The notes under the pieces are model-generated. The model ran no database searches. It saw nothing but the letters and a program-made list of their open reading frames with translations, and was not told the DNA's origin. DNA of 64,000 nucleotides from Lytechinus pictus (taxonomy: Eukaryota): contig NC_087252.1 in NCBI RefSeq assembly GCF_037042905.1, positions 26,660,001-26,724,000 of the forward strand, in the 5' to 3' direction. How positions within the stretch are numbered: position 1 is the stretch's first letter; the number at the start of each line of letters is the position of its first letter. This document shows, piece after piece, positions 50,714 through 64,000 of the stretch. The translations under genes were made by a program, and so were the position numbers.

Positions 50714-52031
50714 GAAGAGTTTAGTTGCAAAAGGGGTAAGATCCACTTTTTACCATTCCGAGAAAAGGTTACACTTCGTAATTCCGAAGGTTCGTAATTC
50801 CGAAGATTCTTTATTCCGAAGATTCTTTATTCCGAAGGTTCGTAATTCCGAAACACGTAAATTGCCTATACCTCGATGTTCGTTAATCCGAAAACGTAAA
50901 AGGGTTCGTTAATCCGAACATTTGTGGCGTTATTCCGAAGGTTCGACAATCCGAAAACGAAATAAGGTTCGATGTTCCGAAGGTTCGTTAATCCGAAAAC
51001 GAAATAAGGTTCGTTGTTCCGAAGGTTCGTCAGTCCGAAAACGAAATAACGTTCGTTAATTATTTCGTTTTCGGACTATCGAACCTTTGGATTTACGAAC
51101 CTCAATTCGTTTTCGGATTAACTAACCTTCGGAATTACGAACCTCACTTCGTTTTTGGACTAACGAACCTTCGAAAATACGAACCTTCGGAAGAACGAAC
51201 CTTCGGAATATCCGAACCTTATTTCGTTTTCGGATTAACGAAGCTTCGGAATTACGAATGTATGCGCCGAGAAAAACCATGTTTTTTATTCTCACTGCAA
51301 TACTCTTATGAGAAACTAAATTGTCATCATGTACTACCCTATCATGTGAACATAAAATTGGGTATAAAAGAAATCTAACTGTCTTCAATTTTCTATATAT
51401 TGTAAAAATTATCATTGTGGACCTAACCCCTTTTGCAACTAAACTGAAATTAATCCAATCTATTTTTATTAAAAAGGTGATTTTTCTTTGCAGCTTTTAA
51501 TCACATTTTTATGAGAATTTCAAATTTTCGTTGTTTTCATCAGAACGACTAAAAATTTAGAGGATTTGAGACAGAAAACAATAAGAATTTATGAACAATG
51601 GACCTAACCCCTTTTGACAAATGAGCTCTTCAGAATAATTTGTTTGCAAAAGGGGTTAGGTCCACTCCAAGAAAATCATTTTTTTAAATTCTTCCATATT
51701 GCAATATGCGAAACTAAATTTTCGTAATACCCTTCCATGAGAACATAAAATTGGATATAAATGAAATCCACCTGTCTTCATATTTTTGTAAATATTCTTT
51801 TCCAAAAAAAATCTGTGTCGACCTAACCCCTTTTGCAACTAAACTAAAATGGACCTAGCCCCTTTTGAAAAAAAATGGTTTTGCTTTGCCATTTTAGATC
51901 ACTTTTTAATGGGAATTTCATTTTTTCTTTGGTATCATCTTATAGAGCTATTAAAAATCTATACAGTGAGACAAAAAAAAAATCAAATTTGATGAAAAAT
52001 GGACCTAACCCATTTTGCAAGTGAGCTCTTC
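50714..52031. mobile_element. Sola-like non-autonomous element inserted in the LINE
   Basis: TIR gaagag...ttgcaaaa, 4-bp TSD AATT; removal restores DIVNYRPIS; internal repeats ggacctaaccccttttgcaa. Confidence 0.78.
50767..51267. mobile_element. Foldback MITE with ttccgaaggttcg tandem arms
   Basis: Inverted arrays of about 15-bp units; direct flank (c)cgagaaaa. Confidence 0.8.
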
Positions 52032-52672
52032 AATTGACAATGTCTTTACGGTCAACTTTTTGAAAATTTGATAAATTTTAGCTCTTTTAAATGCATTAGG
52101 AACTTCCCCATATTCAAGAGACATATCATAATATGACACGGTGGATGGACACATTGATAAATACATTTTTTCACAATAGATGGGATGATATCATCAGAGC
52201 CACAGGAAAACGTTGATTTCAAGGAGGAGCAAACCGAAATAATTGAATGAATATTGTTCTATCCTTAAAAAAAAAATGAATTCTGTGTCGGAGTCGGGGA
52301 TGACTTGAGCAAGATTTTTGCCCAAATTTGCGAAATATCTGTTGAAATAATTAGATTTCATTTGATTGGTATAAAAAAATTCATTAGTCTAAAACATTTT
52401 GGTTGGTAGAGAAATTTGAGTTTTTTTTCCCAACATGCCCAATATGATATTAATTTCTTGCCATGTTTTCTTCATGTTACCTCTTAAGGTGTTATTTTTT
52501 ATTATAATATTCTCGTTTAGCAAACCGAAATACTTTTACCAAACAGTTTTTAAAATCGTTTCTGGTCCAGAGTATCTATGAAAGATTTTATGCAGGATAT
52601 TTTTTTTATAGATTTCATGATGCCAGAAGAAATCCGTGCTTTGTGGAATCGTGTTTTTTTCACTGCTAACAG

Positions 52673-54609
52673 TAGGGGTGGGCAAATGACAAAAAAAAAT
52701 TGAAACGGGTGGATTTTATGGCCATTTTTGCTGCTGAACTCAAATCTGACAACCATTTTGACCTACGATGTAGTTTGATATTGGTTCCAAGCGATTTTTC
52801 AAAATGGCCGCCAAATTTGTTCTAAATCAGTGTTTTAACAGGTAAATACTTAAATATCTATACAAATAAGGCTTGCCATATGTCTAAATATATGTTTTCA
52901 AGGTCAATGAGCACAAAATACATGAATCAGATTTTTGGTGAAAAACAGCATTTTGAGGTAATTTTTTTGTAAAAATTGCCTCAAAATCACAATGTACATA
53001 AAACCTCAATAATCTATTCATCTATAGTGTTTCATATGTCTAAATATTTGTTTTCATGGCCACTGAGTTCAACAATAGATAAAACAGACATGTTTTGGGA
53101 TTTTGTACTGTCATTTTTAATAGAAAAATAATGTTTCTGTAATTTTCGGAAAAAATTACTGAATACAGACTGCAAATATGCAACTACAGCTTGTAATCTG
53201 GCTATAACCTTTTTTTTCTTGCTATTTGTTAGTTACAATCAATTGTATTGTCTGAATTAAAAGAATGTGTATTTTAGTGGATTTTCGTCAAATATGACCC
53301 CCCCCAAAAAAAATGAATACAATGAAGGATTTCACACGCATGCATGTCATGTAACTATTGCTGTATATATACACACTATATACATGTACACTGTATAAGT
53401 GGATATTTTCAGTTTTTCACAGAGTATCTCCACATCAATTATAACAGAATGAAAAAAGATACAAGAGGACAAGTGCACATATTTTATGTTGTCAAACATT
53501 TGGGAAAATAAGTTCCCGCTAATTTCACAAAAATAGCATTTTGGAACTATTTTAAAATTGAACGGCATAAAATGGGTGTCATCTATCTTGTTAAATATTT
53601 TCAAGAGTGCTGAGTTCAAATATTAGCGTACGTATAAGATTAGAAGCATCGTCATGGTGTTAATTAAAAAACAAGAAAAGATTTTTTTTGAAAAATATCG
53701 GTATACAGAATACATACTTTGAGCCTATAGCATACTGGGGAACATTTCATTACCATTTGCATTCCACAACTTTCCTTAAGAACAATTGACTAAAACTCAC
53801 TGTTACCATGGTAACTATCAGATAATACAGCAATTGTTACACTTCTGACAATTTTTTTTTATGAAACCCTGGGTGGCAGAAAATATAATTCAGCACCAAC
53901 GTTTAAAGGGTTCATAGCCAATAAATTCAGTACTTGCTTGGGAGTTTATGTTATGGCATGATATTCAATCAAAATATTTCATCAATTAAGTTCATATCAA
54001 CAAATTCACAGTCTCTATAACTATTTAGAATGAATGTTTCACATGCTGTTTTATACTACATAATATCTACATAATAATGGGTCATCTTGCCATATTCCCC
54101 ATGATAATGATGATGGAACTGCTGGGCATAAAAAAAATGGGTGATAAGGATACAGTAGACAAAACATGAATAAGAATGAAAATTTCCCTTTATCCTCCAG
54201 ACATGTTCATGTAAGTTGAGTTTAAGAAGATAATGTATACAGGTAATTATATGTAAGACATAGACTTGCTAAGAGTCAGACTCCCAAAACTGACTACTTC
54301 TGAAAATCAGACAATAATCATGATAATAGCAACAATGCCTGTCTGTGTATTATCACTTGGGGTACGATTTGTATTTTTTTTTAAAAGCTAGACTAACATA
54401 GTTATTGATGGAACTATTAAAGTTCCAGGAAGAATATACTTATAAGTGGTTAATTTAAAAAGCAAGGAAATATGCATGGGATCTATGAATGCTTGGTAAA
54501 TTGTTTTCCCTTATGTTTGACAGCTTAAGATATGTACATAATTCTGGTATTTGATATTATTCATTTCGTTATAAATAATGTGGATATATTCTCAGTAAGA
54601 CTGAAAACA

Positions 54610-54654
<45 letters not shown>

Positions 54655-55628
54655 TTATTTATTCCATAAAATGATCAACCTTTTTGTACATCCAACCCCC
54701 ATTTTTCTCAAGTCTTACTTCACTTCATAAACTGACCAATTCATGGTCCTTTGAGAAAATTACAGACTGTAAAATGAACAAGAAATTAGAGACCAAAAAA
54801 TCATGAAGGTCCCACATATAGGGGTTGGACATACATATTTTACGGAATGCCCATATATATACACACACACAGCAATAGTTGCATGACTTGTATGCATCTG
54901 ATATCCTAGCTGCTTTGAAATTATTTATTTTTTGGGAAGGGGGGGGGGGTAATATTTGACAAAAATACACTAAAATACAGATTCTTTTCATTAAGATGAT
55001 ACAATTGATATTTGTAACTGTCTACCAAATCACAATAAAAAACGAGTTTATAGACAACTTACAAGTTGTAGTTACATGAATATTTGCAGTATGTATTTAG
55101 TCATTTTTACCCAAAAAATACAGAAAATGTGATTTTTGACTGAAAATGACTGTACAAGTGACCAAAACATGTATGTTTTATGTATTGTTGGACTCAGTGG
55201 CCATGAAAACATGTTTTTACACTTATAACAAACTACAGATGAACAGATAATCAAGTTCTATGTACAAAAAATTGTCATTTGGGAGCAATTTTTACCAAAA
55301 TTGACCCCAAAACGCTGTTTTTTACCAAAACTCATCATTTTAAATGGCTCAACTTATCTGATTCGTATATTTTAGTGCTCAATGACCATGAAAACATATA
55401 GTTGGATACATTGCAGGCCTTATTTGTATATATATTGAAGGATTTACCTGTTAAAACACTGATTTGGAAGGAATTTGGCGGCCATTTTGAAAAATCGCTT
55501 GGAACCAATATCAAACTACATCGTAGGTCAAAATGGTTGTCGGATTTGGGCTCAGCAGCAAAAATAGCCATAGAATCCACCTGTTTGAAATTGAATTAAA
55601 AAAAAAAGGTTTTATTTGCCCACCCCTA
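52673..55628. mobile_element. Long-TIR non-autonomous DNA transposon, about 2.96 kb, inserted in the LINE
   Basis: Termini taggggtgggcaaat / atttgcccaccccta; several hundred bp of imperfect inverted arms; direct flank CTAACAG. Confidence 0.85.
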
Positions 55629-56486
55629 CTAACAGTAGGAAGACATTCATTATAGGCATCATAAAAATAGTATAGATATGGTTGACATTGTTGGATGCAG
55701 AGATTGGTTTCCAGTCTAGCCAGCTCAATTTCTTTTTAAAGCAATCAATCCCAGCATCATTTATAATTCTCTTCAGTTCCCTTGAAAATGAATTTTTATT
55801 AAACTTTTTTTGCAATATAAAATATTGAGAAATTATCTGAAATGTCAGAATATAGTAGCCCATTTTCATATTCAAATTGGATTGCATTTGTAAAATTATT
55901 ATCTATAACGGTAGCAGATTTGTGCGTGTAGGCTTGCTGATTGCTGGGAATAAATTGTATGAGAACATAGTATTAGCAAATTCTTTGCTTTTAGTGTGGC
56001 TATCAATATTCAACAAATTGATATTTTAATCTCCCATTGTGTATAGTATTTTCTTTAATTGTGTATTTCAGAAAGCAAAGAATCCATATCATGTAAAAAC
56101 GAATCAATTTCAGTATTGGGAGATCTATAGACGTTTCAAACAATTATATTCTTAGAGTTAACATTGACAATTTCAATAAAAATAGTTTGAAGGAATGGAT
56201 TATTTACAGTCAAGTCTGGTCTTTCGAGGAATTAAACGTTTTCGGAAATATACAAGGCAACACCCTCAACAGACACTTCCTTTTACATATTTGTGAACAT
56301 TATAATAAACATATTCAGGAATATTCTCTGTAGATTTATCTGCAAATTTTGTGGTTTGATATTGGTTAGTAAACCAGAAATTTAGTATTTCAAATGTTAA
56401 TGAACATTGTTTACATTTTTAATGTTGATGAACTTTGAACGTGATTTGAAAGAATGTTCAAAATCATTTCTTTCAACAATATTTTT

Positions 56487-58550
56487 ATCGTGGTCTAGTG
56501 GTGAAGATTCTCGTCTTTCAATCTGAGGGACGTGTGTTCGATTCCAAGCCATGGCGTGTTTTCCTTCAGCAAGAAAGTTACCCACGCTGTGCTGCACTCG
56601 ACCCAGGTGAGGTAAATGGGTACCGGCAGGAAGTAATTCCTCAAAAAGCTGTGCACACCAAAATCGGTAGACTAGCTTAGTAGGGGTAATATAGGGGTGC
56701 CAGGTAATAATGGCAGAGGTAAAAATGGCAGAGGTAATAATGGCAGAGGTAATAATGGCAGAGGTAAAAATGGCAGAGGTAATAATGGCAAAAGTAAAAA
56801 TGGCAGAGGTAAAAATTGCAGAGGTAAAAATGGCAGAGGTAATAATGGCAGAGGTAAAAATGGCAGAGGTAAAAATGATGGAGATATGCTACATCATAAT
56901 AATTATCATCCTTGACCGGACTCTTGTCGACGAAATGGGCTATAAAAATTGATTAAATATTATGTTGTTTTTCGTCATTTAAGATCTATACTCTGTCATT
57001 TATATAACTAAACTCAAGCATTTTCTTGCCAAAATGATTTCAATTAGAGACTGCATGACGAAAGGATCGTAAATTCGTAAGCAGAACAGCGCTACACATG
57101 CAAACCCAACGATTTTTTTAAATAATAATAATATAGGATATTTATGTTGCGCACATATCCACCTTTTTTTATTTTTTTTAAATGTAAACACCAATGTGTG
57201 CAACCATTAACCCTCTGAAACAAACAAGTTCGGGTCTACTTCAAACTACTTTCATTAGTTAACCTGGATAACAAAAACAAAAATAACTGAACATTCTGTA
57301 ATAAAAGTATGTTTTCATGTCCACATCATGATGTATCATGATGAATAGATATTGATGTCACTGGCGGATCCATGGGGCACAGCCGGCCCGTGCCCCCCCC
57401 TTGAGAGGTACAATTAAAATCTTAGCAAATATGCGATTCTAACTCAAGTGTGCCCACTTTTTAAAGCGAGACTCTTTTCTGCTTGCTAATTATTTTTGTG
57501 GATGAGTTAGGTGGAAAACTTTTTTGCGTGTCATTTTTCAGGAAAATGTGCCCCCTCACCTTGGAAAATTTTGGATCTGTCCCTGATTAATGTGATACGT
57601 TAAATGTAAATGATACAATTATTATCAGTTTAGTCTTTAGAGAAATACCTCAATGCAGCTAATCCAAGTGGATGTCAGGTTCACAATGGGTTTGACGTCA
57701 TCTATGGGAAGCTGCCCCATGATATTTTATGCACTACAAAATGGTTCATAATTGTTATTTTTTGATATTTTAGGAGCGTAAGTGAAATGATTTGTCTCTT
57801 AATATATTCTGAAGATACAAAAAAAATATTTTGATTTTTCTAGAAAATTACATTTCATTAATATTTCCTATACACCAAATATGGAAAAACTGTTCGCAAA
57901 TGACGTCATCATTAAAATATAAAAGTATAGCTTTTTAATCTTTGATTGATTTCCTAAAACCCTTACCAATATCATTTTATTTTTTCTGCTATTCTTCAAT
58001 GACTTTTAACTGAGGTTGAACTTCCCCTTTAATGATTTAAGTACAATTGCGATCAAGAGTGTGCTTCAAATTTGAATATTAATACAGCGAGAAGGCCGTC
58101 CATGAGAGTCCGGAAGAAATAAGATATTCCAGCCAAAAGATTATCAATTTGATGCAGACGATCTATCTATGATTTCAAAAATGTCACCCTTTCCATTAAT
58201 TTTATTTTCTTAGAATCTTTCTTAGTTAATCTATGTAGGGCTTACATGCGGGGGCTTTTTTAAATTTTTTTCGCATGGGGGTGTAAGACCCTTTTAGCCT
58301 ATACCATTATGACCTCTGCCATTTTTACCTCTGCCATTTTTACCTCTGCCATTATTACCTCTGCCATTTTTACCTCTGCCATTTTTACCTCTGCCATTTT
58401 TACCTTTGCCATTATTACCTCTGCCGTTTTTACCTCTGCCATTATTACCTCTGCCATTTTTACACCGAGCCAATATAGGAGCGCCTTGAGCACCTAGCAA
58501 GATGGAAATATGCGCTGTACAAATCCTTTATTATTTTATTATTTATTTAT
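56487..58550 (+). mobile_element. tRNA-derived SINE split by a foldback element
   Basis: A box tggtctagtgg, B box gttcgattcc, body cacTCGACCCAGGTGAGGTAAATGGGTACC, tail resumes at 58472. Confidence 0.85.
56696..58471. mobile_element. Foldback (TU/Merlin-like) element with 15-bp tandem arms
   Basis: (ggtaa[a/t]aatggcaga)n left, reverse complement right; GG...CC ends; 8-bp TSD AATATAGG. Confidence 0.9.
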
Positions 58551-58883
58551 TAATGTGCTGTTTTTCAAGTTACCACAATTTTTTTGTGGTGGTCTGTAAT
58601 GGCATATGATTAATTTTTCAAGGCACCCTTATTCCCGATTATGATGACACATTCTTCTCGCCAGTAAGAAATATTCTCGTTGAATTAATTTCGACTGCTT
58701 ATAAAAGTGAGTTTCCGAATTTTGGTTCAAAAGGAGGCACGATTTTGGAAATCATTTTCTACCCCAACCACTGAATAATTTGGTAATCCAATATTTTTTT
58801 GGGTAAAAACTAACCCATTTAAACAACCATAAAAAACCGTGATAGGCCTTCCGCTGTCACCATCATTAATGATGGTCGATGAA

Positions 58884-59698
58884 CAGCGCGTCCCAGAAAA
58901 AACGAAACCGAGATCTAGCGATGATTTATCATAACTTAATCATAAATAAAATAGACTTGACCTACCAATGTAAAGCTTAGAATCTCCTCTTTTATCTGGT
59001 ATTACTTACATTATTCCTCATTCACGCATGAGTGAGCAAAAACAATTCGAAGAAAGGATGCCAAAAACTCATATGGCGGGGGTATCTGAATTTCAAAAAG
59101 AAAATCACACGACTAAAATGTTCAATATCTGCTCCTTTCTCTGATACCTTAATAACAGAAAATGGTCAAGAAGTAAAGAAGTTATGATCCCTCGAAACAA
59201 TGCTTGTACTTCCATAATTTCATTAAATAAACGTGTTTTCACCGGTTTCCCACAGAAGCTATCGCACAGTAACAAAAGACTTTATGCATGGCTGATCGTC
59301 AACAAAACGGAGTGTCGAGTGAGTTTGAACGCTAGCCTGTAAAACCTCTTCATTTTATGAAATTATTGAAATTCAAGCCTTATTTCAAATAACCGGAACT
59401 TTGTTATTTCTTGACCATTTTCTGTAATTGAGGTATCAAACTAAAGAGCAGATATTGAACCTTTTAGAAATGTGGTTTTCTTTTTAAAACCCAGATACGG
59501 CCCGCCAAGTGACTTTTTGGTATCCCCTTTTCAAATTGTTTTTGCTCACCCATGCGTGAATGAGAAATAATCTAAGTAATACAGATGAAAGAGGAGATTC
59601 TAAGCTTTAAAATGGTAGTCCATTTGTCTATTGTATTTGTGATTAAGTTATGATAAATCATCGATAAATCTCGGTTTCGTTTTTTGTGGGACGCACTG
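58884..59698. mobile_element. Tc1/mariner-like palindromic MITE
   Basis: TIR cag(c/t)gcgtccca.aaaaaacgaaaccgagat, long inverted arms, TA at right end. Confidence 0.82.
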
Positions 59699-61306
59699 TA
59701 TATTGGTATCACCCCCTGTCCAACTGCTCGGACTACATTCCGATGTTGAATAATAAGAAGTTATGAAAATTATAATTTTCTAAACAGTAATTACTACATC
59801 TAAATCCGCAGTGGTCATATGGCGTGAGGTAATCTATGACGTTAAAATTTTGTATTCCCTTTTATTAGGCCTATATTTGCACGATTTGAAATATAGATCT
59901 CTTCGTCCTGCCTGTGGAATATGGATCTCTTCATTGAATCATAGAAGTATTAATTTAATTTAAAAGCTTGTAAATTAAATTGTGAATATTTTGAAAACAC
60001 ATTAAAAAATTTAGCACATGAATAACCAACTAACAACGATCCATTTGTTTGCCCAATTCAGTTAAAGAGGAGCTCTTGTTCCTTATACATGAACCTGTCT
60101 CAGTGTCATCTTTATCAGGAAATTCAATCGAAAAGTGCCTACCCATTTCCGCATTAGATAAAGACAGATATAATTCCGTTTTTCTCTAAATATATCTCTT
60201 AACTCCATGGTCGTTCTATATCAAATATCATGTTATCGAAATTAAAACTAATCCAACGGGGGGGGGGGGGGGGGGGGGGGGAGGGAACTCCCTCAATTAC
60301 CCACCTCTGAAATATCGAACATATTTTGATTTTCAATCTATTCGGACGAGTGCTACGCAAAAACTGTCATGTTAACCGGTGCACATAGAGGGTTCAATGT
60401 CATTTGCTACGGCGACAATTACTCCACTGTACATTCCATACTAATGGAATTACCAATGGATTACCCTGGATTTAACGCTATATACCATATTCTAAACCTA
60501 AACCTAAATCTAAATCTAACATAACACCCAATTGCAACCACATAACCCTAACCCTATATCATCGAAGAAATAAGCCCGTAACAATTGTCGCTGGAGCAAT
60601 TGTCGTGTCTCCACATAAAGTAAAACACCAGTCATTTTACTCCAGTGTTAAACGGTGTTAGTTGAACACGTGTTCATGGACGCTTAGTTGAACACATAGA
60701 GGGTGTCATTACAGCACCTTTGGTTGCTACTTTGACACTCGTTGGTATTACTGTTACGTTCTAAATATAAGGTATAACTTTCCGCCCTTTCACACGGTAC
60801 CAAAATCGTAATTTGAATGATGATTCCAGTGATAAATAATTCTAATGACGATTTTTAACAAGTGTGAAACCAAACTAGAATCACGACCACTAATCACAAT
60901 CACGTACGAATTCAAATTCTACTCCGGAGGTAAATTCCAGTAGAGTTTCACTGAAATTACGGTACGAATTTTACGTGTGAACGGATTGACCTTCAAAACG
61001 TCTTTAAAGGGGCGGAGCTTACATGACCTTTCAAGAACTTGGTTTCTTTTTTGCTAAAGATGAATTGCAATCATCATTACAAGGACGGTTCAACATTCTC
61101 GTGTGAAAAGGCCCTTAGACACCTAGCTTAGGGTATAGGGCCCTCTTTATTGACACCAACCTGGTGTCAGTCTTAACATATCAGTTTTTACAGTGTGTAT
61201 ATTTTGACTGGTGTCCAACACAACGCACTGCAGTACGGTCTCAGTTGTAAAATGTTTCGCACTCATTCACTGTAACAAATATATATTTACCTTGGAGCTG
61301 AGCTGA

Positions 61307-62210
61307 TAATAATAATAATAATAATAATGGTTATTTATCTGCGCTATACACAAAAAGTATCACAGCGCTTACAATCAGAAATAAAATATAAATATAAATG
61401 ATACGTAACAAACATGTAGAATTATATACATTAAATTGCATCAACCATTGGTGTTCTCAACTGTGCCAGATGAGGCCTGGTGGCCTCTTGCTTGCTGCTT
61501 CGTTCACCAACAATTTAAGGGACAAGCCCGGTCAGCACATCATTCACAGAAGCTCTAGTATAGCACTTGAGGCCACCAGGCCCCAGATGGGTTAGCCAAG
61601 TCAAACCAAATAGTGATAGCAAAATCATCAAAACAAATACACATTAAATAAATGAAAATATAAAACTAGATATTTGGAAAAAGATATGACTTGAGTTGTC
61701 GTTTGAAAGATGATATGGTCGGTGTTGTTCGGATGGAAGAGGGGAGAGTATTCCAAAGTCTAGATCCAGCTACACTAAAACGTTTTTCTGCCATGGAGAG
61801 GTTTGTTCTCGGAATAACAAGTTTGGTGGTATCGTTTAGGGAACGTAGAATACGAGCAGGTGTGTAATGAGCAATTGTGTTTACAAGATATGAAGGACCA
61901 GTACTGTTAATCAATTTATAAATGTACAGACAAAGTTTGAACATGACACGTTGAGAAAAAGGGAGCCAATGGAGTTCCCTAATCAAAGGAGACGTATACA
62001 TATTGCGACCAACTGAAAACACTAAACGTGCGGCACGATTCTGAACACTTTGAAGTTTTTTCTGATCTTTAACACAAAGAACTGAAAAGAGACTGTTACA
62101 ATAGTCAAGTCGAGAAAGTACAAGTGCCCTAACTGCATGATGGCAAGTTTTTTCATTGATAAATCTTCTAATGCGCCACAGATTGGATAAATACCTGGCC
62201 AGGGTCAATA
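61307..62210 (-). mobile_element. 5'-truncated L2-clade LINE (ORF2 C-terminus plus 3' UTR)
   Basis: ORF 61666..62256: ALVLSRLDYCNSL, LHWLP, RLWNTLP, SFKRQLKSYLF; (ATT)n tail. Confidence 0.9.
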
Positions 62211-62862
62211 TGTCAGTGCGATGTTGTATGATATTTTCAGTTTTCCCCTTTTTCAATAAGTGCAGCAGTGCTTGTCATTTCTGTTTATATTTCCTTCTCA
62301 CTGAGTGCAATACTAAATTATCATACCCGTATTGGGGCGGTGGCTGCGGAGAACACTAATCATGTTCTTGCTATTACACAGTAATGCACCAAACATGCCA
62401 AAAGTTAGCGGCTGCTACTTTACCGGGCGCCATTTTTAAAAGGTTTCTGTCTGATAAGACGCTTTTATAGTGCCATTTCTTGGCCTTGCCACTGTTCTGC
62501 TATGGTTACATTTCCGAGTGAAGACTGTAATAGTTTTGCTGCCAATCAACTTGGGTAAGAGGACAACATTTACTATATATTGCGTTGACTTTTAACAGAT
62601 TTATATAACACGGAAATCAATAAAATGCATATGTCGCAAAGTTGCCTATTCAAATTAAACTGTCAGTTTTCATACATTTCAGTTTTGCAGAGTGGGGCAG
62701 GCCATTAAGCTGGAATTTAAACATTGCTTTCCTTTAAAAAGCAAAGAAGATCACGGTGATATAGGTGTCCATAATTGAGGGATGTTTGACATAATTTAAA
62801 AGACTCAATGTTTTATGAAAACTGTGTATGATTTAATGATTCACTCTTGAAGATATGTATAG

Positions 62863-63560
62863 CAGAGGGGTCAATCCTGGGGGGGGGGGGGCGATCGCCC
62901 CACCAATGAAAATATTGGGGGGGGGGCAAACATATCGTTTTGCCCCCCCAATGATTTCACATGTGCAAAAGTTAAATAAGATTGTAATGTTAAACCGAAA
63001 TCAGCAAGCGAGATTGAAATACACAACTCGTTCTTTATTTAAAATCATGCTAAAAATTTCCGCTTTTCAGATTGAAATATAAAAAATTTCAGCTCGCGCT
63101 TCGCGCTCGCATCATTTCTGTAGCAAAACCCCATACTTTTTATGATTAAATATATGTGAATAGAATGTACCCTTTTCAATTCTAATCAAAAGAACACCCG
63201 CTTTGATTTGCAATAATCTTTTGTTGGATATAATCTTGTTCTCTATTAAAAACGTCCATTAAACTGTCATTTTTTCAGATCGAAATATCAAAATTTGAAG
63301 CTCGCGCTTCGCGCTCGCATCTATTGTTTTTTTTAGATACCCATCTTAATCATTGGTACCAACGTGCTTAGAATATAAACCTTTCTGGTCAGAATATAAA
63401 GAAATTTTAGCTCGCCCTCGGCACTCGCATTATCTGTGTAGTGAGATATGTATCCTCATTATGAGTTGCTACAAACAGTCCTAAACAGGCACCTTTTTTC
63501 AGGTCAGTATACTATAAAAAAAATTCAGCTCGCGCTTCGCGCTCGCATTAATTTGTTGGT
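62863..63560. repeat. Repeat with recurring cagctcgcgcttcgcgctcgcat units (probable DNA transposon arm)
   Basis: Units at about 63090, 63300, 63410, 63525. Confidence 0.55.
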
Positions 63561-63594
63561 GAGATGTGTGTCTCTATCTCATTAGTCATATAGA

Positions 63595-63609
63595 TATCTA
63601 TGTATATAC

Positions 63610-63670
<61 letters not shown>
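63595..63670. repeat. (TA)n microsatellite
   Basis: Direct inspection; another at 54614-54650. Confidence 0.95.
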
Positions 63671-63675
<5 letters not shown>

Positions 63676-63776
63676 CTTTTTTCAACATTTTCTTTTATGG
63701 CGCCGGTAAAGTGCAAAAATTTGTGCGCCGCTCTGCAGTGCGCCCCCCCTTTCGCAAAAAGCTGGATCCGCCTATG

Positions 63777-63960
63777 CGCTGTGCTGCACTCGACCCAGGT
63801 GAGGTAAATGGATACCGGCAGGAAGTAATTCCTCAAAAAGCTGTGCACACCAAAATCGGTGGACTAGCTTAGTAGGGGTAATATAGGAGCGCCTTGAGCA
63901 CCTAGCAAGATGGAAATATGCGCTATACAAATCCTTTATTATTTTATTATTTATTTATTA
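63777..63960 (+). mobile_element. 3' part of tRNA-derived SINE, uninterrupted copy
   Basis: Nearly identical to 56586-56695 joined to 58480-58590. Confidence 0.88.
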
Positions 63961-64000
63961 ATGTGCTGTTTTTCAAGTTACCACAATTTTTTTGTGGTGG

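Larger units (their letters stand above)
49185..56400 (-). mobile_element. Decayed CR1/L2-group LINE (endonuclease plus RT) split by nested DNA transposons
   Basis: Minus-strand motifs VYRSPNT (about 56120), NYRPISVL, DLSKAFDTVDHDILL, GVPQGSVLGPLLFLLYINDL, ADDT; AATAAA plus (TTGAA)n tail near 49190; many frameshifts. Confidence 0.88.

Noticed and set aside
56487-56562. tRNA gene
   Set aside because: A and B boxes run into a SINE body and tail, and related copies exist in the window.
56697-58500. ORFs with (GRGKN)n, (MAEVK)n or (TSAIF)n repeats
   Set aside because: Translations of the stop-free 15-bp arms of the foldback element.

Overview
AT-rich metazoan genomic DNA; the repeat landscape suggests a sea urchin or other echinoderm (inference only). 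The window holds most of one + strand gene, capicua (cic), an HMG-box repressor. I reconstructed 21 phase-consistent GT-AG coding exons from 11622 to the TGA at 41114 (7259 nt, about 2,420 codons); the first exon(s) lie upstream of the window. Exon numbers below are window-local. The protein carries the CIC-L N-terminal motifs, ATXN1-binding motif, RSK/14-3-3 site, HMG box, ERK-docking-like motif, basic NLS-like motif and C1 domain. Introns and the downstream region contain many MITEs, tRNA-derived SINEs and two decayed LINEs with nested insertions. The most unusual signals are tandem duplications across coding boundaries of cic: (i) a 15-copy 73/74-bp intronic array, each unit an exon end plus intact splice donor, interrupted by a 1.19-kb TIR element; (ii) a duplicated HMG-exon end plus donor; (iii) a triplicated C-terminus forming three in-frame TGA-terminated modules. 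No prokaryotic features, rRNA or true tRNA genes were seen.
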